Shown here: positions 10,401 through 18,776 of the stretch, one piece after another
How positions within the stretch are numbered: position 1 is the first letter of the stretch
Layout of the letters: each line of letters starts with the position of its first letter
Source: Mayamaea pseudoterrestris
Lineage: Eukaryota
Assembly (NCBI GenBank): GCA_027923505.1
Contig: BROI01000003.1
Span: 1,240,001 to 1,304,000, forward strand
DNA length: 64,000 nucleotides
Direction: 5' to 3'
Notes under the pieces: model-generated
What the model saw: only the letters and a program-made list of their open reading frames with translations
Databases searched by the model: none
Told to the model about the DNA's origin: nothing
Program-made: the position numbers and the translations under genes

Positions 10401-13400
10401 ATTGCCAAGGAAGTCAAAAGACGAGCACTCGAAGGAACATTGCGAACGCGCAGCACATTAGAAGAAGACCTCCGCAACGTCGGCTTGGAATTCAGCAAAG
10501 ACTTAACGACTTTCAACTACCTCGATCAATTTCCAGAAAGCGAGAGAGAAGCAGAACGACAGGAACTACTAGACCTCCTTGCAGAACGCGAGGCAAGAGA
10601 CGCACGCGAAGCAGCAGAGCAACACGCACGCAGATACCAGCCTCCAGCTCGCAATTCAAATCAACTGCAACACGAAAGCCCAAATCCATTCAATGCATTG
10701 AGATACAACGTAAGCGCCAATGCCTACGCGGTTCGAAGAAACAACAACAACAACAACGAATTCGCCCTCGCAACTATCCACGAATCCATTACGTGTCCAA
10801 CCAACTTGGATATCCTGAAGCATCCTGAAATCTTCATTGGCGATACCGCAGCAACCGTCGACTGTACACCTCATCCAGAAGGCCTGTTCGATGCCCGTCA
10901 GATACGAAATGAAGGCATCACAATGGGAAATCAAACAGTCGCCGACATTCAAACCATGGCGAAGCTTCGCGTCGACGCCTGCGATCGATTTGGCAATCCT
11001 CTCTACCAAGGAGTCCTCAACAACGTTGCTTATGCGCCCGAATGCGCCTTCAATCTATTCAGCATCACTCAACGTTTAGCGACAGGATGGAACCTCCGCA
11101 GCGGCAACAAGAAGATCTGGCTAGAAAAAGAAAACCAACACTCCATCGTCTTCGACTTGCTGATTCCTACCAAGCGAGGTCATCTTTACTGCATGTACTT
11201 GAGACGAGTCATTCCAATGCCATTAGTTCAAGCGCCTCGCAACGAGTTTGCCATGATTGCAGCCAACTTGCTTCCGACACGCCGTCTCGCCTACAAACAA
11301 ATGCACGAATTGTGCGGACACCAAAGCCCCCAAATGACACTCGCAATTGCCAAGCACTTTAGATGGGAAATACACGGATCGTCCAAGAACAAGTGTGTTG
11401 CCTGCGCAATAGGCAAGGCCAAGAAGCAACCGGTCCCTCAAATATCGCCGCGCATCCGAGCCACAGAGCCAGGCGAGCGACTTTACATGGACCTCTCTTC
11501 ATTTAGAGTCATGAAGAGCAAATCAGAACTTGGATTCTCCTCCATACAACCGCAATGGCAACTCATTGTCGACGAAGCGACAGGCTACAAGCACAGCGCC
11601 ATGTACCGCACCAAAGGGGAAATCGTTGAGCCGACATGCCAGATGCTCTACTATCTCATCCAACGCGGCATTACAGTCAAATACCTTCGAATGGACAACG
11701 CCGGAGAGAACCAAGCATTAGCCAAGTCAATGAAGAGCTCCGCTTGGAAATTGCCGATCGAGATCGAATGGACTGCGAGAGACACCCCGCAACAAAACAG
11801 TCTTGTCGAAATTGGATTCCCGACGCTTACCAATCGCACGCGAGCCATATTCACAGCTCAAAACATTCCACCTTCAATCCGCTTTCATTTGGCACCGTCT
11901 GCTTTCGAATATTCAACCGACATGGACAATCTTGCTATCGTCGAGCACAAGGGCACTCTAGCAACTCGATTCAAACACTTCTACGGCACCGAGTCGCCCA
12001 TCATCAAGAATCTACACCCATACGGCGAAGCAGTCACTGTTGTGATATCCGGATTAAAGTCTCATCTAGCACCAAAAGGATTCCAAGGCATCTTTGTCGG
12101 CTACAGCAAAAATCACCCGAGCAGATGCTATCGCGTCTTCAATCCCGAGACCAATCGCGTACATGACGTCAAGGACGTCACATTTCTTCACCGACCGTAC
12201 TTTCAACCTAAGCCCCCGCGTCACGAAATCGTCACTACACCACTCATTGACGTCATTTCCTGCAACAGCAACTACAGCAGTCTTTTCTCACCGCATCACC
12301 ATGGGAATCTGCCGCCGCCACCCGCAAAATTTCCAGACGACAAGAACAAGAAGAAACCAACGTTCCACACAAAGCGCCTCCTAACACGATCTACCTCGCT
12401 GATTGATCTGACCGACCATGACACCCCAGAAGCATCGGAAGCCTCACCAACAAACTCAATCCAATCAGCCCCCGACACTTTCAACCCAACTGCACTTACA
12501 ATATTCCAACCAAATGCACATGCACCAGCAAGCGCGCAAGAAGAAGTGACGGATGCACCCAATACGCCTCAATCTCCAAGAGCGCATCCTACAATTACCG
12601 ATCGACAAGCCAACGCAATACAAAGACACATTGCTCGATTCTCATCAAACCACTCACGAGGATCACAAAGCTCAAGGTCATCTACACGCTCCACCCGATC
12701 CAATCCTGGTGGCTTGCGTCGCACCACACGAGAGACAAGAACACCAACTCGATTCGATCCGACCAATCCTGCAACATTCGCCGCCATACTTGCCGCACTC
12801 GACGAACGATTTGGCAATCGCACAACACTATACAACGCATGCGACAACGGCTATGACAGTGACCGATCAGCTGAATCAGAATATGACAAGTACTGCGAGT
12901 CTGACGAGCAAGAATTCCACCACCAACCATATGACGACCAGCAAGACGAAGAATCAGTCTCATCGAACGGGTCCATACCTCCTCTGGTACCTCGAAATGA
13001 CGACTACAGCAGCGCAGGTGACAGCGAAGCTCCTGAACTATGGGGCAACGAAGACAGTTTCTGTTTGCCTACACAAGATCAACGTTACGAAGCTGCCTAC
13101 GAGCCATCACACGAGCGCGACGACGACTCCGTATCATTAAATGATTCCATACCCGACTTAGTCCCAAGAGCCGACGACCATAGCAGTGCAGGAGACAGTC
13201 AAGCAATCGAGCTGTGGGACATTAATGCAGACGACGATGAATATGAAGAAGAGCTCACCCGAGCAAATGGACGTCCCGCACCTCAACCAGCCGCACCTCA
13301 AGCGTCTATCGAAACAGTGATCACGACTCGAGTCTCCAACGTTTGCAGCCCGACTCTTCAACTCGGGAAGGGTTTTAACCCAGATGACCATGAAGATAAA

Positions 13401-15842
13401 ACATCTATACCAGTCACCGAGACACAAGACGAAAGCGACGAGTCGACAAACCAGCAAATCGATCTACCGCCAGAACAACTTGCCATCATGGCCGATCTCC
13501 TACACGTTCCCTCTTCAACGATTCTCGACGACACACATACATCCGTCCATGATTCGCCATACCAACAAGAAAACGACCATGAAGACCAACAAAGCTTCCA
13601 TAGCGCCGACTTGATCCCTGCAGAAATCCATTTAAACCTCGACGAGACAAGCGAACCACCGAACGAGCCCACGAATTCCACCTTTGAATACTTCTTCCGC
13701 GACATGCCCAGCGCGCCGTCTAGTGCAAGCATCTTTTACGACGCGTCTCCCATTCCCACACTCGGAGAGTTTGCGTGCGTTGGAGCAGGCATTGGAGGCG
13801 GATTCATCAACACAGAAGAGTTGCATACGATCAAGTTCAAGCAAGCCATGGGCAGTCCAGAGCGTCCTGAATGGATCAAGGCAATACACAAGGAGAAGGA
13901 CAACCTCATCAAGCACGGCACATTCCAAGTTGTTTCACGCAGCATGATACCACCTCGAACAAAGTGCATGACAAGCAAGTGGGTGCTCAAGAAGAAGTCA
14001 AACGGCACGTACAAGGCACGAATCACAGCAAGAGGCTACGAGCAAGAGGACGGTATCCATTATGACAGCAACAAGATCTCATCTCCAGTAGCATCGCCAA
14101 CGTCCATCAAGATTGTCACAACTCTTGCCATCATGATGGGATACGAGCCACACATCTTCGATATAAGCGGAGCATTCCTCTACGGCACGTTTGACGAAGG
14201 CCACGAATGTTACATGCACATACCTGAAGGTTTCCAAGACGACTATCCACCCAATCACGTTTGGCTACTCAAGCGCACGCTATACGGAACTAAACAAGCT
14301 GCGCGAGCGTTCTGGGACCAACTGGTTAAAGCACTTCGACAGATAGGATTTGAACGAAGTGTTGCCGACCCTTGCCTGTTTTACAAACAAGATGGCGACC
14401 GCCACATGCACATCGTCTCGCACATCGACGATCTCCTGTTAAGCGGCCCTCCGGACATGATTGAAGACACCAAGAAACAACTTCTACAGCACTTTGACGG
14501 CGAAGACGGTGGACCAATGGACGAGTACATTGGTTGCAAGATTGAACGAGGCGAAAACTACATGCGATGGACGCAACCAGTCCTCCTGCAAAGCTTACAA
14601 GACGAGTTTACAATCCCTCCGCCGAGGCGCCAAGAAGCATGCGTCCCTGCTCAACCCAAGTGCGCCCGTCGCGTCAAAGAAGGCGATCCTTCCGCTCTAA
14701 GCAACAACAAGCAGACGACCCTTCGACAAGGCCTAGGCAAACTACTTTACCTCGCCCGATGGTCTCGACCAGAGACACTCTACGCCATAAATGACTTATG
14801 CCGAGCCATGAAGACGGGAGAAGAAGCCCACGAGAAAGCCATGTACCGAGCCATCCGCTACATGTGTGCAACACCAAAGAGAGGCAGACTCTTCCTCCCA
14901 AATCGCGAGTATACTGGCCCAAACCACGTCTTTATCATCAGCGCCAGAAGCGATTCAGATTACGCCAAGGATCCCGACAAGCACAAGAGTCATTCCGGTG
15001 GCATCACCTTCCTTGAAGGCGTTCCCGTCGCTGAAGTTTGCCGCTTACAGAAACACGTCTCCCTTTCAGTAACTGAGTCCGAAATGTCCGCAGGTACCGA
15101 CGTCATACAAGACATGCTCCACACACATGCCATTCTTCAGTCAATAGGCCTCAAAGTCCAACTACCAATGGTCCTGGAAATGGACAACAGCGGCGCAATC
15201 GACATCATCAACAGCTGGAAGACAGGAGGGCGCACACGCCATGTTGACGTACGCCATAACTTCGCTCGAGAGCTCAAAGAACACGGCATCCTCCTTGTCA
15301 AGTACATTGAAACCAAGAAGAACACGGCCGACATCTTCACCAAGAACTTGGACCTTTCTACCTTCAATCGCCATGCACGGATCCTAGTTGGAGAGGATGA
15401 GTACTACAAGATGGACTCAATGCCTGAAACTATCGCTCTCCAAGGGAAGGGTGCTGGGATCCCCGTTTTGGCCGACGAACAAAGCAACATTGAAAAGGAC
15501 ATCGACACGGTCCCAGCGGCACCAAGACACGGAACATCCCGTTCACGACCACACTCCTACGACGGCGAGAGTAGAAAGTCAGCCACTGGCCCAAACCCTA
15601 CACACTTCACCGTACCCGAAGAATTCACGACTGACAACCGTAGAAAGACTACCACAGGTACATCGAATACCGGAACCGGCGTACACAGCGAATGTTGGGA
15701 CTCTACAGAGCGAAGCCGTGCAAACACTACCAGCAGTGAAGACCATACTGCCAGTTCTGTAGACGGACGAGAGCCATCTCACCTACGGGATGGCCAGTAC
15801 AAAATGACACGACCGGTAGACAATATACATACGTATGAATGA
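7446..15842 (+). CDS. Gag-Pol polyprotein, 2,798 aa (Gag zinc knuckle, aspartic protease, integrase, RT, RNase H)
   Basis: CYLCHQPYHRSADC (~8310); FIGDTAAT protease (~10842); HELCGH..CVAC, LYMDL, RMDNAGE, QQNSLVE, GIFVGY integrase; YKARITARGYEQ, FDISGAFLYG, LYGTKQA, SHIDDL RT (~14421); SDSDYA, EMDNSGA, RHVDVR, ADIFTK RNase H. Confidence 0.97.
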   Translation: MTDQQEDITMNALYKTPKITNTIEAFPSWFNQFKNHARIAGCRRPIRGSRPEHLPATQNEVITDPAANATADEIQIIRNKQAERKQNETLMQMLSIALSPFPELNDHLVGAESTEYPGGEAWKVINALEIKFSPDKFMAPTLYRRSIQNLKLERPTANPQDLIDLMQSQAIKFNQTLLAEDLMATLMNKLPPQYCLALAQEQKTKQRALTKTEMEGVVSTIYQTIYAAEDEEALIQGVNEIVLYAAQPEPPQQETSRQQNTRQHQAPPTRNERPQTNYNNTRNPPSFKCYLCHQPYHRSADCFERVENAHRRPRGWNTRLSIEARRQLEDEEAREQQERGLERPRERPRNSNRQQDRRLPQDDQQEDRRYRQNRNNERTRDQPRDNDYRRRDHQEQPRQLEHQNHRQEPHPRTIMREQVPRQAPLLLEQGLAAVHEALQLTQRSHRSSSQRSSSSRRYPSTNSRSEFAFIHADLVDETYPALPTRTPAAPTPSPLYPQTNWRGLQPHQIKDYSSEDDSSIEQPPAPPTTRTKRTRPTSSTTNKKQAVELVSLTKSSATSESPKPKPNLPSSNLNGRSWASICGDPSTSDEEESDFEDEFVNSKTPTEQERRHFSTLIQNIETLEQTKQEDGKGLLFHKQDEPSKSEQQVHTSIEEQASNLNDSYHGYNATQSTNNVTTSSDTTEATNLEPTTTNANECDTHERTDNVTTCSADKDSTPTTSPPIELKEEESVEELVATSFAQWRGDWLPKDFLTADELKEVEHLYPTFAPRIPNNIPPQANSNDLPPFHVLQSVLFINPPLYELSDAIKVMFADLQEFFLEHIAMPHAFTHQEAIDSTRDRYYQYTGLRVWDTERVEIIMSNPGDEETNSDDATYDSDAYPSSQSYRSDSFTYEGYQAFLQSWEHRNQAPEHVVSRARYETTIQQIKKDEQDIETNPASAARLCMLERFSQRRFLKDLIFWFEEINEEDEEALFDERLKVVIDHAIAKEVKRRALEGTLRTRSTLEEDLRNVGLEFSKDLTTFNYLDQFPESEREAERQELLDLLAEREARDAREAAEQHARRYQPPARNSNQLQHESPNPFNALRYNVSANAYAVRRNNNNNNEFALATIHESITCPTNLDILKHPEIFIGDTAATVDCTPHPEGLFDARQIRNEGITMGNQTVADIQTMAKLRVDACDRFGNPLYQGVLNNVAYAPECAFNLFSITQRLATGWNLRSGNKKIWLEKENQHSIVFDLLIPTKRGHLYCMYLRRVIPMPLVQAPRNEFAMIAANLLPTRRLAYKQMHELCGHQSPQMTLAIAKHFRWEIHGSSKNKCVACAIGKAKKQPVPQISPRIRATEPGERLYMDLSSFRVMKSKSELGFSSIQPQWQLIVDEATGYKHSAMYRTKGEIVEPTCQMLYYLIQRGITVKYLRMDNAGENQALAKSMKSSAWKLPIEIEWTARDTPQQNSLVEIGFPTLTNRTRAIFTAQNIPPSIRFHLAPSAFEYSTDMDNLAIVEHKGTLATRFKHFYGTESPIIKNLHPYGEAVTVVISGLKSHLAPKGFQGIFVGYSKNHPSRCYRVFNPETNRVHDVKDVTFLHRPYFQPKPPRHEIVTTPLIDVISCNSNYSSLFSPHHHGNLPPPPAKFPDDKNKKKPTFHTKRLLTRSTSLIDLTDHDTPEASEASPTNSIQSAPDTFNPTALTIFQPNAHAPASAQEEVTDAPNTPQSPRAHPTITDRQANAIQRHIARFSSNHSRGSQSSRSSTRSTRSNPGGLRRTTRETRTPTRFDPTNPATFAAILAALDERFGNRTTLYNACDNGYDSDRSAESEYDKYCESDEQEFHHQPYDDQQDEESVSSNGSIPPLVPRNDDYSSAGDSEAPELWGNEDSFCLPTQDQRYEAAYEPSHERDDDSVSLNDSIPDLVPRADDHSSAGDSQAIELWDINADDDEYEEELTRANGRPAPQPAAPQASIETVITTRVSNVCSPTLQLGKGFNPDDHEDKTSIPVTETQDESDESTNQQIDLPPEQLAIMADLLHVPSSTILDDTHTSVHDSPYQQENDHEDQQSFHSADLIPAEIHLNLDETSEPPNEPTNSTFEYFFRDMPSAPSSASIFYDASPIPTLGEFACVGAGIGGGFINTEELHTIKFKQAMGSPERPEWIKAIHKEKDNLIKHGTFQVVSRSMIPPRTKCMTSKWVLKKKSNGTYKARITARGYEQEDGIHYDSNKISSPVASPTSIKIVTTLAIMMGYEPHIFDISGAFLYGTFDEGHECYMHIPEGFQDDYPPNHVWLLKRTLYGTKQAARAFWDQLVKALRQIGFERSVADPCLFYKQDGDRHMHIVSHIDDLLLSGPPDMIEDTKKQLLQHFDGEDGGPMDEYIGCKIERGENYMRWTQPVLLQSLQDEFTIPPPRRQEACVPAQPKCARRVKEGDPSALSNNKQTTLRQGLGKLLYLARWSRPETLYAINDLCRAMKTGEEAHEKAMYRAIRYMCATPKRGRLFLPNREYTGPNHVFIISARSDSDYAKDPDKHKSHSGGITFLEGVPVAEVCRLQKHVSLSVTESEMSAGTDVIQDMLHTHAILQSIGLKVQLPMVLEMDNSGAIDIINSWKTGGRTRHVDVRHNFARELKEHGILLVKYIETKKNTADIFTKNLDLSTFNRHARILVGEDEYYKMDSMPETIALQGKGAGIPVLADEQSNIEKDIDTVPAAPRHGTSRSRPHSYDGESRKSATGPNPTHFTVPEEFTTDNRRKTTTGTSNTGTGVHSECWDSTERSRANTTSSEDHTASSVDGREPSHLRDGQYKMTRPVDNIHTYE
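15442..15451 (+). other. Polypurine tract of the LTR retrotransposon
   Basis: AAGGGAAGGG immediately 5' of the 3' LTR. Confidence 0.85.
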
Positions 15843-15994
15843 GAAGCCACTCTTGGATGCGAAATCGACCGCTTCACTTTCGTCTCATTCTAGAGGATCT
15901 ACTAACAATAGATTCAAAGTTTCCCCAGTCTTTTAGCGTTTAAACCGTCTTTTCTCCCTACTTCCGTACGGACCTTCATCTTGGATCTCAAGCA
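15452..15994 (+). repeat. 3' LTR (543 bp)
   Basis: Direct repeat of 5297-5839, followed by TSD GCGTC. Confidence 0.97.
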
Positions 15995-17109
15995 GCGTCG
16001 AGTCACATCAATACGCATCGCGTGCGTTTCGCCCGTCTTGTGCTCCGCGTCCTGCGCGCGCAAGTAGGCGTCCGTCAGAAACACCAGCGGCTGCGAAAAA
16101 TCCGCCATGAACTGCGAGAATGTTCGCGATCGCCACCATGCGCGAGGGACAATCGCGACGAGCATGCCAAGCATGCTGTTCCATACATCAGGCGCCGTTC
16201 CCATGGCCGCCACCGAGTTGCCCGTCGCGTTCAGCGCCTGCGGAACAGTCGCTGCCTCTGGAAATGGCCAGGCAAACACTTGTTGGGTGCCAACGAGCGA
16301 GTTGTTAAAGTTGACGCGGCCGAGCAACCGGCCACTCAGTGACTCGTAGGCACGCAGCTGACCTTCGTAATGTACAAATTGATTGTGCCACTGCCGCCAA
16401 GACCAGATGTAAAGTACTGAAAGTACACGTTATGCACGCCATCATGTTCCGATGGAACTTTCAAGTCACTCGACACTTCTTGCAGCAACGCACTCGCCGC
16501 TTCCATGGCGAGCACATTCGACATACCCGGAAACGCGCCAGCCGCAACGATGCAAGTCTTGTTTCTCATGACGGCCTTTTCATGATGCGATAGACTTGCC
16601 TGCAGATACTCTAGTGGGTCGGAAACGTCCACGTAAACCTTGCATTGCTTCGACTCCAAGACACGTCGCAGAATCGCTGGCGGTTGATCAACATAGTATG
16701 GACCAGCCGTATGAATGACGCAGTCGCAAGAATCAATCAAATCTTGCAACTGATCGTCTTGACTATTTACTGCTGGTGGCCACTTCCATATATTGACGTT
16801 TTGCTGCAGCGAAACAACGGAAACGCGAGGATCATTCATGACTTGCTGCAAAATCGAGTCTCGTTTCCGTCGCTGGGATGAATCATGACGAGCCACCAAC
16901 GTGACACGACACTCTGGCTCCTTCAACAATAAATGTTCCGCAACGGATGTTCCGATTTTGCCCAAACCTCCAATCAAGACAAAGTGGGGCGATGAGATTG
17001 ATGCTAACGGCGGTTGATGATGCAGATGTGAAGGCGTTGCCTGCAGAGCCTCGACCGCTCGCAGAGACCAAAAGAGGCAGACACAGACACAAAAGGCTTT
17101 TAATCGCAT
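15995..17109 (-). pseudogene. 5' part of a saccharopine-dehydrogenase-like oxidoreductase (resembles plant At1g50450 type); frameshifted near 16364 and interrupted by copia
   Basis: Signal-like N-terminus; Rossmann VLIGGLGKIG; VIHTAGPY, YVDVSD, AGAFPGMSNVLA, GLGGSG. Continues only in another frame as GQLRAYESLSGRLLGRVNF...PEA...GTAPDVWN...MRIDV. Confidence 0.85.
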
Positions 17110-17192
17110 TCTATAGTTTCATTTGTCAGATGGCAGGCAGCATAATGGGAACGATTCAGTCGGCAACTCGCTTATTGCGAATGGATGAGTAA

Positions 17193-18480
17193 GGGGCGAA
17201 ATTAGCGGGCGTCGTTTCGTCGTTTCGTCGTTTCAAACACGCTCGAAACAACAAGTCACCCGGAAAGTCGTCGTTTGAAACGACGAAACGACGGGGGCGC
17301 CGTCGTTTCATCGTTTCGACGTTGTTTCATCAAATACACCACAATGGAGATTGATCCCGCAGCCCAAACGCTACAGAAACAACTTATAACAATATAGAAG
17401 ATATACCTGGAGTTTATTGCACATTTGGGTGCTTTATAAAGCCCTAAAAGGCAAAGGATCCGCCTTGACACTTTTGTCGCGATGCATCGCGTACTGACAA
17501 GGCCTCCAAGGCAAGCCATGTTTCTGCAGCGTGGTACCTTCCGGTGAACATTCAACTGCTTCATAAGCCTCCATAAAGTAAGTGCGAAGACATCCTCCAA
17601 TGAGGTCTGCATCAGCAATCAGCATGGTCAGTCGCATGGCGTACACCCAACGCATTCAACCATCCATTGTATTCTCCTATCAAGAAGCACGTCACACTTT
17701 CAGATGGAGACTTCTCGCTGCAATGCACTGACTTTGACCACGGCCGAGCAGTCCGACGCAGTCGCCGCTACCAAGAATTCCATCTACTGTTGCTCTGTTG
17801 CTCCGTCATGCGTTCCTTTGCTTCGACACCAAATCTCTGCATAAAAAGCATGGCTTTGTGAAATGTGTGGCATTCCCAGCTACATGTTTCTTGCGCTGCT
17901 GGATCATACATAGCGATTGGGGGATATGTGTAAAGAACCTCAAGTTTTAGCGGCAAGTGCTACTCGTGTCGACGTTGAGCTTTTTATAGTCCCTTTGAAT
18001 AGGTGTACTAATGCAACAAGCTACTTCTGTAGATATTAGTTAATGTATGTATTGTAATTACACCTGTTGATATAAACCAATGCCATGATGGCAAGTGTCG
18101 ACAACCGACGAGAAGAGCGCATCAAAATGCGTCAACTTGTATGGCGTACGCCACGGGAACAAGAAAGAATCAAGCCGTCGGTCTTTCAATATGCAATCCC
18201 GGGCACTAAAGAGAAGCCATCTGGCGAAAAAAATGATAATAGCTCTATTAAGAAGGAAGATATGCACTGGTTTGTGCGGGACCACAACAATGGCGATTCT
18301 TTGATCGTGGGTTTTCAGTCCCAGAAGTCAGAGGGTTAAGTATTGCTGACGTCTAGTGACGTTTTGGCTTGAACCAATGAAACGACGAAACGACCGCTAA
18401 ACTCACGTGCGCGCGTCGTTTCAAACGATGAAACGATGAAACACCCAAAACGACGAAACAACGCCCGCTAATTTCGCGCC
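17193..18480. mobile_element. Non-autonomous PIF/Harbinger-like DNA transposon (1,288 bp)
   Basis: ~33-bp TIRs GG(G/C)GCGAAATTAGCGGGCGT(C/T)GTTTCGTCGTTT with 2 mismatches. TAA TSD at 17190-17192 and 18481-18483. Subterminal AAACGACG/CGTCGTTT repeats at both ends. No intact transposase ORF. Confidence 0.85.
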
Positions 18481-18776
18481 TAAGATCGCGATGAGATCCA
18501 AAAGGTCGTAGCGGTACTAGGGGTTAACGATGCGATGCAGCTTTGCATTTTTTCACGTCGCGCGGCAGCTTAGCTATCACACTACCTAGCTTTCACAGCA
18601 AAGCTATGCATTGCCTAGCAGACGATTTAAAGAGCTTCAAAAGCCTTTCTTATAAATCAAGCTAAAAAGTGCAACTCTTGCAGCTGCGCTGGGTGGTGGC
18701 GGGTGACAGACACTGCTAAAGCATTCCTTCATTCTCCAAGCGGAGATTAGTCATTGCGAGTCAAGTGACGGCTACC

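Larger units (their letters stand above)
5297..15994 (+). mobile_element. Full-length Ty1/copia LTR retrotransposon (diatom CoDi-like), 10,698 bp
   Basis: Direct LTRs with TG...CA ends. 5-bp TSD GCGTC at 5292-5296 and 15995-15999. PPT AAGGGAAGGG at 15442-15451. Gag-PR-IN-RT-RH order. Confidence 0.97.

Noticed and set aside
17340..18340. Possible transposase remnants inside the Harbinger-like element (e.g. RLDTFVAMHRVL, HGFVKCV)
   Set aside because: Too short and broken to call by eye; no DDE motifs recognised.
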